This document shows, one piece after another, positions 51,000 through 64,000 of a stretch of 64,000 nucleotides of DNA. Under the pieces are notes generated by a model. It worked only from the letters and a program-made list of their open reading frames with translations. It searched no databases and was not told where the DNA came from. Origin of the DNA: the human T2T-CHM13v2.0 reference genome, Homo sapiens; the NCBI RefSeq assembly GCF_009914755.1, contig NC_060944.1; one strand, written 5' to 3'. Made by a program: the position numbers and the translations under genes. Numbering within the stretch: position 1 is the stretch's first letter; each line of letters begins with the position of its first letter.

Positions 51000-53900
51000 G
51001 TAAGATGAACCGAGTGGGCACGTTAGCCCAGGCCGTTACCCTTTAGTGGGCGCGTGAGGGCTGTGGGTCACAGTTTCCAAGACTGATGGCATTGCATGAT
51101 CTTTCCTGGTCAAACTTGTGCAAATGAAGAAGTGGAGTGGGGGACGGGGGTGGGATGAGATAGCTAAGCAGTGAGCCAGAAAAAAAGCAGTTGACGTGGA
51201 CGATCTAACCTGAGAAACCATCATAGGAAATGATGACTCTCTGCTCCAATGCAGCATCTACAAGGCCCAAATGAGATAGAACACAGAGTTTCAATGTGAA
51301 CTTCAAAACCTGCTCCTGCTGTAAGGTGCTTTTCCCATCTTAGCAGCCTGGTGGTCTACTTTGTCGTTTTTCCTGAGTGTAGCTTGGAAGCTTCCATCTC
51401 TAAATCTTTAACATTTTCTGGGAATTTGCTTTCTGTTTCCCAGGGTTGTCCTGGGACTGGCCTCTGATGAGGCAAAGGTTGTTCTCTTGGTGTAGCCACT
51501 GGTTCAAGAAGTGTTTTGGGTTAAAATGTTAAAAATACATAGCTAGAGATTATTTTTCCAGCTCATTGAAAGAGGAGTTACAGATGCAACATTGTCTGTG
51601 GTTGTGTGGTTAAGAAGTGTTCCCTTTGCTCCTGAGTCATATGTGGAAAATCTTCCCTCTAACCCTGATACTGCACAATTTGTCAGTGTTGGTGAGACTC
51701 ATATTTAGCTGTGAGCTTCCTGGCGTCCAAAGGATAGAGGAAAATAAGAGCACTCAAAACAGTCGCCAACATCACGAAGGAGAAACTGCCGTTATTTTCT
51801 TTTTTGTTACTGGCAGAAATTACTCTTACCAGAACTAGCTTATTGCATAAGAATTACTCTGTACTGGGGCTCCTGAATTGGAGACATCAAATAATGTATT
51901 AAACCACATTCTTAACATTTCTGGAGAAGACACAGTGGAGGGTTCCTTGTGGTTGTTGGGGCAATTTATTTACTAAAACAGTGGGATCACACTGAAGTGT
52001 CGCTCACCGTGAGCATTTCTGCACGCCAAAGATGATTATGCCTAAATGAATATTCTTTTATTGGCTTGATGGAATCCCAGGGAGAACCTAGAATACCTAA
52101 AAAAAATAGACGCGTTGTAAATACTGTGCTGGGTACTCCTCCCAGCAAGACCTTGATGAGGACTGGGCAGGAGGCCCCTTGCCTGGGGTTGGGCTGCAAA
52201 TGTCCTGGGGTGTTTGTGGATGGAACAACTGGCTCTAAGAAACGGGATATACGTGATCAGGGCGAGGTCTTTGGGGAGAGAAGAAGCTCAACGTGGGCCC
52301 ACAGGAAATGTGTCCGTTCATAGTTGCAGGTGGAGCAACAGGTGAGTCAGGCAAGCATCCATTAGATCTTCAATCAGCTGCTCCACATTGCAAATATGAA
52401 GGATATGCTTTCAAAAAAGGACAAGGGAAAATAGGAAAAGGGGTCGTAAAAGTAAAGATAATCAGCCAGCATTACTGAAAGTGAAGAGAAAATTTCTTTT
52501 GAAAAAGCAACCCAGATGTTTGTCCGGCATGAGTGTGGTATTTGGGATCATGAATGCTGAAGAGTAAGTGTGTCCTGGATGTTGGCGTCGGGTCATCACT
52601 GACCCTAAATCTCCTCAAGTCTCACAGAAGGATGTAGGTCATATGTTAGAGGTAATATGTCATAAGGACATAGGTCATACTTTAACCTTGAATTCAGGGA
52701 ATAACATTTGGCTTTAGGGTAATTGACTCCAACATAGAATGAGCCACATTCTCTATGCATTGGGATAATTCTTATTTATCATTAACTAAATTATTAATAA
52801 CTAATGATATAAATTACATAATTACTGTTTATTAAACAATTTGTATTGAATGTTATTAACATGTCAAGCCTGTGGGTACAGTGGACACAATTTTCTTGTG
52901 AATTTCATCTGAGGATTGGCATCTGTTCCCACAGCGTGAAGGTGTTTTTGCTGTCTGAACTCTGCGTCTTTGGCTCACCCAAACAGGGAGAAGAACATGA
53001 GCCAGGTCGGCCAAGGAGGCCTTTGCTTATGGTCTGGTTTTCTATAGGGGCCAGAGATACGCCCCCATCCCACTCGCCATCCCTAGACCACAGCAGCCTT
53101 CCCCATGTCCTGTTGTTGGACCGAGGCACGCCTGTCTTGGGAACAAGGACCTCACTATTTGCAACTTTCTTGGAGGGCCTTCAGGATCTCAGAGCTCTGT
53201 GCCTCAGATCCCGCAGGTAGTACTGAAGACTGGAGCCTGTTCCAACGGGGCTGGCTCCGTGGCCGGCCACACACTGGGGCGCGAGCCTCTGCTGCCCTCT
53301 GTGTTGCCCATGTCTTCCTATGGCTGAGGCTGGCTTAGCCTGAAATTCAGGAGGTTCCTCTCTCAAGGAAGCCTATTAGATACTCAGATGTTCGGATTGT
53401 GGTTTTTTTCTCACTGTCTCCAGAGACACATCTACAGCTAAAATGATGCTTGGGATGGCTCCTTAAACATGACCTTAGATAGAGGTGGGGTGTTTGTGGT
53501 GACATCCTGGGCCTTCTCTTCCTTTAACTCAGGGGATCTCAACGGGGGGCAGGGGGTGGCTTTTGAAGCCCATAGAGGTTGTGACTGCCCAAGATCCCAC
53601 CGTAGGCAATGGATCCGTTTCATCCTGACCGCATTCCTCCAGGCGCAGACACGTGTGGTGGCTGCTTTTCAGCAGAGCGGAGGATCCAGGCCCCAGCCCC
53701 TCGTTAAACATCCAGCCCCACCTGCATGTCAGGCACAATCTGGACGTTGCAGTGACAGCGTCTTTGCCACATGCAAATCTGACTAATGGCCTAAATTGGT
53801 ACCAGAAGAACAATTACATGGACTCTTTCCTGATGGCTGTGCGTGGTGGCACTACCCTTGATCTCGGCACAGAGTTGGTCAGAAAGCACACGCTCCGCTT

Positions 53901-56639
53901 CCATACCCGTACACGCGTCCTCATCACCTTCACCGTTTCCTCTCCAAGGGCTTGATTTAGAAGAAGTGTCTGGTTTAATGGGGAAAATAAAAGATGAAAC
54001 AGCAAAGTCAGGCCACTCAAAGCGCTGCAAATGTTGGGGAGGGGGCTTCTCTTTCGTTACACAGCTCAGTGTTCATTGTTTGCTCTTTAACATTTTGCTT
54101 AAGATGTAGGGCTGGAGGCTGTTTTCCTGGTGGAGATTATTTTAAAATCCGCATCTGCTTTCACTCATGTCTGGGAAGGGAGGTGGGTGACGCAAGCGAG
54201 GCTCATTGGGTGGATTTGGTTCATTGTGGGGTGTTTCACCGTTTACAGCAAAGTGATGGCTAAAAAGAGTTAAATGAAGACGAGAGCAGGAGAGAGCAGC
54301 ACTGTCATCAGCCTGGCATTCTGCTACCAGCCTGTCTAGAGGGTGGAAAGGAACCCTGAACCCTCTGAATGCAGATTCAGTATGCTTCAGAGCGTTTCTA
54401 GGAGTTAGGCGTAGCTTCAGGACGGCCCACTTTGGAATCCAATCAATGGGAGCATAGTGTTAAGTTCAGGAATGAAAGGTTCTGAGGGCGACTCTCTTTT
54501 GTCTTTGCAGCCTGTGATCTTAAGGAGACAAATTAGCACTGCAGATGGAGGAGGCGGCACTGGGCTTTGGGACTATGCAGGGGGCCCCAGTGTCAGTGTG
54601 GACCAGGGAAAAAGTACCCTTCCTAACGCTGGTGCCCCACTCAGCACTTGCTTAGGAAGGTCTGTGCCAGGGCCAAGGGACATGGTCATGGCCGTTTTTA
54701 TTCTTTCCTGTAGAATCCATGATTGACCCTGTGCTTGGCATCCTGCCTGGCAAGCCACAGTCGCTCACTGCAAGTTGGCGGGAAAAAAGAATTGGCACAT
54801 GAGAGTCTTCACTCCCAGGACGCTAATGTTCTCGTGTGTTTTTAGGGAAATTCAGTCCTCACGCTGCTTATGTTAAGATGAATGGGTTTATTGGTTGCCC
54901 CACAGTATATGAAGGTCCACGCAGTGTTTCCATTCTTCCCAATTAATAAAAGTGGAAAATCTCTATTGATGTGTTGAGAAAGGAACTCAGACATGCAGGA
55001 ATCTGCCAGGTCCATTCGAAGTCTGGTGATGGTACGAAAACATGGTGGCTGAATTAGACAAATGCAGTTCACACTGGATGGGATTTGAGAGTCATTTGCT
55101 CCCCATAAGAATTCTGAATGTGGAGAACAAAACCAAAGTGACTTTATTATTTGCGTTAAATATTTACATAGAGGGGAGTAAACAGTGTGTGAGACACACT
55201 ATGACAGAAATGAATCTTTCTCAAAATGACAAGTTAGGAAACGTATGCATTCGGTGGAGAGTAAAGACGCTCATGCATCTTCTTTGCATATGCGGTGCAT
55301 GCAAAAAACAAAACTCTAGACAATTCTCTGTCCTCATTAAAATCCAGTTACAGTAATAGCTCAGCCTTAAACTCGAAACATTACGAATGCAATATAAATG
55401 TTTAAACAGTTTGGTTGCATAATTCTTCAGTTCACATTTCCTACCATTGGTGACCTGGTTCTCAATTGTAGCTGGCTTTCTGGGATCTATTTGGTAAAAG
55501 AAATTTGAAGAATACGCTACTGAATACATTACATCGTATCCACATTATTATTATTTTCTTTCTCCCTTAAGGATTAAGCTTCCATTTTGGCAGCTTTGCC
55601 TGTTGGGCAGAATTGTATCAGAGAATTAATTGTATCAAAGAATTAATTCAGTGGATATTTACATGGTACCTACTAGGTGCAGATCATGTTGCTGTATTTA
55701 CTTATAGAGATGAGTCGGCCTGCAGGAGCTGGGGGAGGAAAAGGCTGAGCCAACTCTAGCGTAGGGTCGACCTGCACGTTATGAGAGCAACTCAAGAGAG
55801 GCTTTTTGGGGGTCTCGAGGGACCTGCTCTGTCTAACTCGCTCTGGATGGGAACTGCTGGGAGAAAGGAGAGGCTGCAGGGTGGTGCTGGGTAGGGTTTA
55901 AACATTTGCGAAAGGAACCATGGACACTGTGGGTCGGGAGATTTTTGGAATACTCAGATTTGAGCAAGGAAACAGCAAGGTCCACCTATTCAGACATGAG
56001 GCTGTGGATGCCCCAGGCTGCTGGAAGAATTAAAATTACTCGAATCAGTGGCTCGTAACCATGGTGGCTTTCCAACAGTGCAGCTTCAGTGAAATATGCC
56101 CCGTTTTGAGACTTTTGAGTGTTTTGTTTTCCTAAATGAGTTTGCAACATGTGTGAGATTGTTTAGCAGAATGTAGTTTCTTGAGTCAGATGCAACAACT
56201 AAAAATAAATACAAATACACATATACACAACAGACATCTATAAATATATACATCTTCCCCAAAGGTAGTTTTTCTAAAAGCTAGAATAGCTTTTGGTACC
56301 ACATCTAATTAGGAGATGGTAGAACAAGGCGCAGCCATCTTGATTATAATAACCGTCTTCAGATAACGTGGTGTTAAATTAGCTCACTCAACAGCTACTT
56401 TGTAAGTAGATTTGATTTATTTTTAGCTCTTATTGGAAGCCAGGAATCCAAATGGAGATGGAGGGTTTTCCGGGAGCACGGGAGATCGCTGGCCAGCAGC
56501 ACGTGACCGGGCTGCTCTTCTGAGAAGTTTGCTGTACTTTGCAGGAGGAAATTTTAAGTAAAACCCACAGTACAGGTGGGGTTCACTGTGTCTCAGGCAC
56601 CAGGTTTCACTTTAAGAAAAACAGACGATTTTTCTAGGA

Positions 56640-56985
56640 AAAAAAAGGGTACCTCCTACAAAATACCTGACCCGTACTCCTCAAACCATCAAGGTCACCA
56701 AAAATGAGGAAAATCTGAGCAACCGTCACAGCCAAGAGGTGTTTAAGGACACATGATGACTCCATGTCATGTGGGATCCTGGGACGGGAAAGAGGCATTG
56801 GGGAAAAACTGAGGCCATCTGAATGAACTCTGGACTTCATTAATAACAACATATTGGCACTTATTCTAACAAGTGTTCCATACAAAGGTAAGATGTAAAC
56901 AGCAGAGGAAACAGGGCAGGATCGCTCTGTGTTATCTTTGCAACTTTTCTGTAAATCTAAAACTATTCTAAAATAAAAGGCTCGC
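56640..56985 (+). mobile_element. L1MC-like 3' end
   Basis: 'tactcctcaaaccatcaaggtcacc...atctttgcaactttttctgtaaatctaaaactattctaaaataaaag'. Confidence 0.8.
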
Positions 56986-59784
56986 TTTAAAATGTATAAA
57001 CAAGATAATTTAAAACGCCCATGACCCCACCGCCGGGAAGACGTCGCTGTCAGGATGGGGTTGTATCCTGCTGTCTCTGTGCGCACTGTCGTGCAGAGTG
57101 AGACCATGCTGGGCATTCAAGTTTGCTGCGTGCATTTTCCCTTCATGTTGTACAAACATAAGCATGCTTCCCGTGTCCCTAAAAATGTGTTTGGTCAATC
57201 AGTCAGTGTGTAAATAAATGCCACTTCAGAGACATTGCCGCCTCCTAAGAGTGGAAGTAAATATGCAAATGATTCTATGTAGCAAAACACAGAAGGTCCC
57301 AGGCAGTATGTGTGCCCCCCACTGAGTTGGGTCTTAATGCTCACAGTGGGGGACAGGAGCCTGGAGAGGTCCCCACCGGGTGAGAAGCCAGTCCTCAGTG
57401 ACCGGGGCCACTTCTCGTGTCTGTGCACACTTTCAGCCACACGGGTGCCCCCAGCCCCAACCCATTGGCTGGCTGAAGACTGTTGCGGTCGGCCCTGAGC
57501 TCACTAATGAGAAGCTGGTGACTGTGGCTGGGTCACTTGGGTTGGGAAGGCCCCCTCCTGAGCAGAGCAGGTGGACAGTGGCGGAGCCCACTGTGATGGG
57601 TGACAGACCAGGCTGTGGCAGGGTTTGTAATAGAGAACCAAGACAGGGGCATGTGTTCAGGAGGACCTGGTGGCAGGAGGGGGCATCCAAGTGGCTTCTA
57701 AGCAGCAGTGCTGAAGGCAGGGCTGGCCTCAGGACAGGCAGTGAAGCCCAGGCGCTGCCCCACCTGGAATGCCTGGCTCAGCCTGGGTGGCCACCGGGAT
57801 TTGAGCAGTTTCTTCAGCTGCTCTTGAGCAGCACAGAAAGCTCTACTGGCAGATAGGGCTGGACAAAAATGATGCTAACTTCCCGCTTGGAGCCCAGAGG
57901 GCAAGGAGGGCTTGGGCTGGGTTGGCAAGTGGCTTAGGAATCAGGAAGCTGGGTTCCACCCCCTCCCCACTCTGCCTCCACAGCACCAGCTGCTGTGTTA
58001 ACATCCTCAGGGCAGGAGCAGCTTCTCTCCCAGGCCTCGCCCAGTGGTACATGCTCGCAGCATGGACCTGGACCTGCCTGGGTTCTAAGCCGGTCTTTGG
58101 AGGAGGTGTGGGGTTCACTGTGCCTGGTTGGAGCAGCAAACCCTACACCCCTGCAGATGGTAGGGTGGACCCAGGCACAAAGGCCGTGGCATCCTGCAGC
58201 AGGAGAGCCAGCTGCCTGTCTGTGGTGGGTCCTCTGAGACGGCAGAGGACTTGGGGCATGAATGAAATCACCTTGTCAGGGTCTAAGCAGAATCCCCAGC
58301 TCTCAGAGCCCCACCGTCAGCCAGCGCCTAAACTATGCCTCCTGCCCTCAGAGGGACCCGCCCACGGAGGGACTCATCCTGCCCCAGGGAATATTAACAC
58401 GGGAGAAGTGAGATCTGGACAAGGGCAACCATGATTTGGTGACTCCAGGAGGTGGGTGACTGTGAGCTGTGAGACAGGCATCAGTGCCACTTGCTTTGTC
58501 GAGGGTATCAAGCCAGGCTTCCTGGAGGAGGAGGAGGAGGCATTCGAGATGGGCCCTAAGGGAAGCCGAGCATGTGAATGTTGAGCGGGAGGAGGGTTCT
58601 TCCCAGCCACCTAGCAGCATGGCAAGAGGAGGGTACCAGGGTGGGGGACAGGACCGTCATGCCAAGGCCAGAGGTGCATGCACAGCCGGCCCACACTCCA
58701 GGGCTGAAGGCTAAGCCAGGCAGGCGGGAGAAGTCAGGGACAGGAGTGGCAGAGTCCACGGAAGGGGAACAACAGGCTGAATTTGCAAGATTTGGCTGAG
58801 GCTGCACCAGTCAGCAGACAGGGTCTGGGTGTCCAATATGACAGTCCAGAGGTCACTTGCCCCACCGAAGTCTCAGGAAAACAGTGGATTTCCACTGGCA
58901 GATGCTGGTGGCTGCAAGCTCTCTATGCAGCTGGCATCTCAGGATGTAATGGAGCAGAGCCTCATATTTTAGGGGTAAAAAAGGGAAAGAGAGAAAAGGG
59001 GTGGGGGGATTTTTCCATATGGCGAAGGTTCTCATTAAAATCAATTGTAAAGTTAGCTAATGGCTGGTTCATGTCATTTGGAGATGGCTGTAAATATCAG
59101 CTGCATCTATATTCAGCATTTGAAATGTTCTATTGAAAGTCTATGTAACTCTGTGAGTGTTTTCCAGTGGAGTGTTATTCATTTAAAGTTGTTTGAAAAT
59201 CTGATCAGAAAGAGCTTCAACCCGGAAATTTAGTGATTTGCAATATGCCAGCATCTATGCGCTCAGCACTCCCGCTCGTGGAGCTCAGGAAAGGACACCC
59301 ATGAGAATGTTACTTGGTGTGTGCTTTGTGTTTTGGGGGGGCCAGGAACGTGCATTCAGGGGAGTTTCTATTTGCCCAGGAGGATTGTGATGTAAGGCAC
59401 AAGGCCCGACTCTGGAGATGTCTGGTGCATGGGAGTTTGTGTGGAAGCTGGAGTTGGCCAGCCCCTGCCTTAGCCTCTGTCAAAGAGCTGGAAGGATACG
59501 TTTACTATCGGAATGCCCGCATGCCTGCTGGGCTGATGGCATCCCATAAAGAAGAGAGATTCGTTCCACATAAAATGCAACCACTGTCTACTGCCCCAGG
59601 AATGGCCCACGGGTGTCGGGGGTGATGACCGACCTCAGGACTAGGTAGCTCCCATTACTGCTTGGTGGCTGACAACCCATAGTGGGATTACTTGGGGGAT
59701 TGCGTTGCTGGGGAATTACTTGCTTGGGGGATTATGAGGCGGGAAGGTGTGCCCTCCATTATATAGAGGAGGCAGGTTGAAAAT

Positions 59785-60206
59785 TGTATTAGGCTGTTCT
59801 TGCATTGCTATAAAGAAATACCTGAGACTGGGTAATTTATAAAAGAAAGAGGTTTAATTGGCTCAAGGTTCTGCAGACTTTGCAGGATGCCTGGTGCCAG
59901 CATCTGCTTAGCTTCTAGGGTGGCCTCAGGAAGCTGACAATGGTGGGGGAAGGTGAGGGGGTGGGGACAGACATGTCACAAAATGAAAGCAGGAGTGAGA
60001 GAGAGAGAGAAAGTTGGGGGCGGCTGTCTCACACTTTTTAATAACCAGATTCCCTGTGAACTCAGAGCAAGAGCCTAATCATCACCAAGGGGGATGGCCC
60101 ATGCCATTCATGACAGATCCAGACACCTCCCCACAGGCCCCACCTCCAACACTGGGGATTCCATTTAACATGAGATTTGCTGGGGGCAAATATCCAAACT
60201 ACATCA
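59785..60206 (-). mobile_element. MSTA/MSTB MaLR solo LTR
   Basis: tgtattaggctgttcttgcattgctataaagaaatacctgagactggg ... ccaaactacatca. Confidence 0.9.
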
Positions 60207-62918
60207 TGAGTGAATGAGGTAGAATATACCAGCAGGGCGGGACCGTGTTATCCATGGAGTAGCAGGCCTTGCCTTTTGGAATGTGTGCGCGTTAGAATCA
60301 CCTGGGGAGTGTCAGTCCCACTTCACACCACCAGAAATCCACATTTAGGGGCCAGTGGCCTGGAAGTCGTCTTACGTTTTCTGCATCCCCTCCTGCCCCT
60401 CTAACTCCACGGCTTGTGCCAGGAAGACCCTGCTCTGCACCCACTGCCACACAAACTCTTGTGTGTTTCACCATAATGCAGAATTCATTTTAAAAAAGTC
60501 CTTCCCCTAAAGCAAACTGCTGAGGCTAAACAGTAGACTCAGAGATGCCCTCTCTGCAGCTACTAAGAAAAAGATCCTCAAAGAAGCTTCTCTCTGCTTT
60601 GACCAGCAGCGGGTACTTCCCAACACTCACTTAAGTCTACTTATAGCATTTTACAAATATGCTCGTGAATCATAAAATATGTGTATGCATTAAGCGACTT
60701 TGTGGCCGTTTTCTAGATGGAGAAAGAAAGACGAGAGAGAAGATGTTCATGTTTGGCGAGTGTCTGGCAGAGGTTCAAGAGAGCTTGGAGCCTCTTAATC
60801 AGAAACAGAGCTAATCACTTTGCCTAAGATTAAGTCGTCCTGGGTGCCTTCCCATATCTTGGTCCTCAGCATTGATTTCCTGCTCTGAGGGCACTGATAC
60901 ACTAAATTGTGAAACTCATTTTTTTCCATGGGTATACTGTAGAATAAATATCTGGAAAATTCTTACATTCCTGATAAGATCCCTATAGAGAAAGAATCCC
61001 CTCTATCTGCCCCTGAGAACTGTGAAGCTCGCCTGCTGGGATCCTGAGATTTCACAGTAGGCCGAGAACACCCTCCATCTGCATTGATTTATTCTTGTTT
61101 CCTCGCCTGCAAGGACTGTAATCAAGCCCGTGTGTTTACTGGGATGTGGTTGAGCTTGCTGGCTCTTAAGGATGCTGAGTAGTAAACTGGGGCGAGGCTC
61201 CTGTCCTGCAGCTGGGTTCCTGGGCTGCCCGGTGGTTTGGTCCATGGATCCTGAACGCTCTCTAATCAAGGCTGTGTGGGCAGTCGCCTCACCAGGTCAT
61301 CATCTCTCAAGGGTTAACCACGGCAGTGATTGGAGTGTGTATGTGAGTGTGGCCCTCAAAGAAAAGACCTCGAGAGTTCTTATAGCCAGGCCCGGGAAGG
61401 GGATTGTCCCGCATGGAAAACAGTGAGACCCGATCATTTCAATCGACCATACCTCTTCCAGGTCGCCCATTTCCACTTCATAATAAGCTTCATCTGGTCC
61501 AAGGCCTAGAAGAAAGGGAGGTTAAATGGCTGAGTCTATTAAAACATCTGTCGCCAAAGCCCCACTCACATCATGACCTAGTTCTACAAGTGCCAGCTTA
61601 TAAAAGACCAAAAGTAGGTCATGGGAGGGAGATGAATGGGGCGAGGGGAAACATCATTTCATAAGTAGTCACTTAGAAATGTTCCAACACCGGCACCCAA
61701 AGAGTCACTGACATGCCAGGGCGGCGTTTCCAGGACTCACCGTCTCATTTCTCAGTGGTGCCTGGGGACCTACAGCAGGTGGCCCTTGGGGGCCGCCGCT
61801 GATGACAAGCACGCACATCCCAGGAGCACGTCCATTCCTGACTCTTCGAGGAAGCTCATGGCTGTGAGCACAGGAAGTGAAAATTCCTGAAAGAGGACCG
61901 ACCTCTCAGTCTTCACAGGGACATGGATGGATTTGTGATTGAGCTTGTTCAGTTTGTGTGTTTGTTTGTTTTTTGGGCCAATTACAAATTCAGTCCATGA
62001 AAATCTGATTGTTAACAGTAGGATCAGAGCCCCCGTAGAGTTTTGTTTTTTTCCATTTTCAAAGCACATGTGCCCTCTAACTGCAAAGTGTATGAAGGAG
62101 GCCGTGCTGTCAATGAGCAGTGCCTCCCTGGAAACCTTGTGGGATTTTGTCCTACAGGTAGGCCGTCCATTCCTCCCTTTCCAGGCACACACAGCCAGCT
62201 GCTGCCATTGGCCCCTTCCATCTGGCCTGGAGCCCTGTCCTCCTGCAGGAGGTCCCAGGGTCTGGCCCTTCCTGCCCCAGGGACTTCCTGTTGCTATTGC
62301 TCAGGCCCACGGGCTGTGATGCCACAAGGCTGCTGGGCGCAGGGTGGAAAGGGAACATCCATGGTCTCTGCAAGCTGGCCAGCACGACTGCGGGGGCTAA
62401 CTTCCTTCTGGAACGGACCCTCTGTTGACTTTACACAATGTTAACAAAGGGCCTGGGGCATCTGAGAACTTCTGTGCTCATCTCATGCCAACCTCACAGC
62501 AACCCCACAGGCCACATCCTTGCCATCCTCTCCAGGCTGCAGATGGAAACCAAGGCACAGAAGGCACCAGGCCGCCATGGCGCACGGCTGTGAAGGAGGA
62601 AGCCGGGCCCAGAATTCCGTGCTCCCTGGTGTTCTAGCAACAACATTGCTCTCTGGGGCTTTAACCCATGCCACCTTCCCTCTAAGCAGTCTCACCTCTG
62701 AAAATTGACCAGTTTTCTTTTCTCTGAAACACAATTTTAAAAAGCATCTGACAACCACAACCTGTGTCCCAAGGAAGCTGTAACCAGCTGCAGGTGAGAA
62801 GCGACCACCCCTTCCCTAGAGTGGAGGCCCCTCTGGCCACCCACTCACTGGACACCTGTCCCAGGCACCACGGGCCTGGCATCTGAGCCCCACAGCATCT
62901 TCCCTTGCTCCCTGTCAC

Positions 62919-63697
62919 TGTTACTGAACCCATCTGGGGTCCACTTGCCCAGCACAATAGAGCCAAGCGTCCACACCAAAGTTTCACAGCGGGAGAAAGG
63001 AGGGCATTTATTTGCAGGGCGCCAAGCAGAGAGAATGGGCAACGCCCACTGGAGACCTGACCTCCTGGCTGGCTTACAAGCAAGAGTTTTTAAAGGCAGG
63101 GGCACGTCTCAGGAAGGCAGAAGCTACAGGCAAAATCATAAATCAATATGTGGCTTAAAAAGGACATCTTGAAGTGAGGGCTGACAGGTCATAGGTGGAT
63201 CCAGCGATTCTCTGATTTGCAGTTGGTTAAGGATTTGTCTAAAAGCTTGAGGTCATCAGAAAGGAATGCTAAGGTCTGGCTGCTGGGTATGACTTTCTTC
63301 AGACCCCTCAGGAAGAATTTTGGAACAAAAAATGGGGGTCAGGGTTCAGGCCTCAGTCCGCCCCCCCCACCCCCCCCCACCCCCACCCCCGATGTCTATG
63401 TGACAGTGGTTGGCATTTTCTGTCTGGTGGGGGTCCAGGTTTCTGAAAAACAGTTCAGGGATGTAGATCAAGATGTTATCTTGGGTTTCCATAGGGAACG
63501 AACATCTTGTTGTTCTAACTTCCTTGGGGGGCTCTTGTTTTAGGCTACTGTTCCCTTCTCGCTTTTATCATGTTACTCATTTACTTCTCAGGGCTCGCTG
63601 GGTGCCTGGAATTTCCCTTGAAGGCACTAAGGATTTTCCTTTATTTCCATGTTGCGGGGCCTAGCAGGCCCCTAAAAGGGGTCCCTGCCCTGTCTCA
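62919..63697 (-). mobile_element. ERV1 (MER4-group) solo LTR, about 780 bp
   Basis: TG...CA termini, 4-bp TSD tcac (62915-62918 / 63698-63701), antisense AATAAA (tttatt at about 63008); subfamily not determined. Confidence 0.75.
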
Positions 63698-64000
63698 TCA
63701 CTGGCTTGTCAAAGGGCCATAGGCAAATACGCACTGGGGCTGAGGTTTGCTGGTAATAAGTACATGGACATGACCCTTGGCAATGCAGCTGAATTGAGAC
63801 CAATAGATTTATTGTGCCTCTCAAAACACAGATTGAATGTGGGCCTCGATATTCATTGTCTCAAGAACAGCTCTGGAATTGTGGGCAGGAGGATTTAGAA
63901 GGTCATCACTGTAATGTTTTCTACAAAAGGCACCTGGGCGGCAGCCATGGGGTGGGAGGAAGGGCCCAGGACCTCCCTGGAGGCCCAGGGCACACCTGCC

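Noticed and set aside
62140-62164. ttttgtcctacag|gtaggc possible recursive site
   Set aside because: Short pyrimidine tract and suboptimal donor

Overview
Primate (most likely human) non-coding genomic DNA, judged from AluY/S/J, L1PA, THE1/MST, MER, MIR and L2 content. I can support no protein-coding exon, RNA gene or CpG-island promoter. The long ORFs are Alu, L1 or low-complexity artefacts. The window looks like the interior of a very long intron, probably of a + strand gene; I cannot name the gene from sequence alone. Best signal: a consensus recursive-splicing-type site at 50875/50876 (branch point CTAAT, polypyrimidine tract, TAG|GTAAGT) followed by a 124-nt candidate RS-exon with stops in all three frames, ending at AAA|GTAAGA. 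Other structure: (1) a MADE1 hairpin split at its apex by an apparent copy of sequence about 0.7 kb downstream; (2) a twin-primed, 5'-inverted L1PA with a 14-bp TSD and an interrupted tail; (3) an L1MA nested in the end of a MER21 LTR; (4) two large GAT/GGT arrays and a 590-bp polypyrimidine tract; (5) a good CTCF-motif match and several small tandem duplications. Repeat subfamily calls come from recall of consensus sequences, and boundaries of old repeats are approximate.
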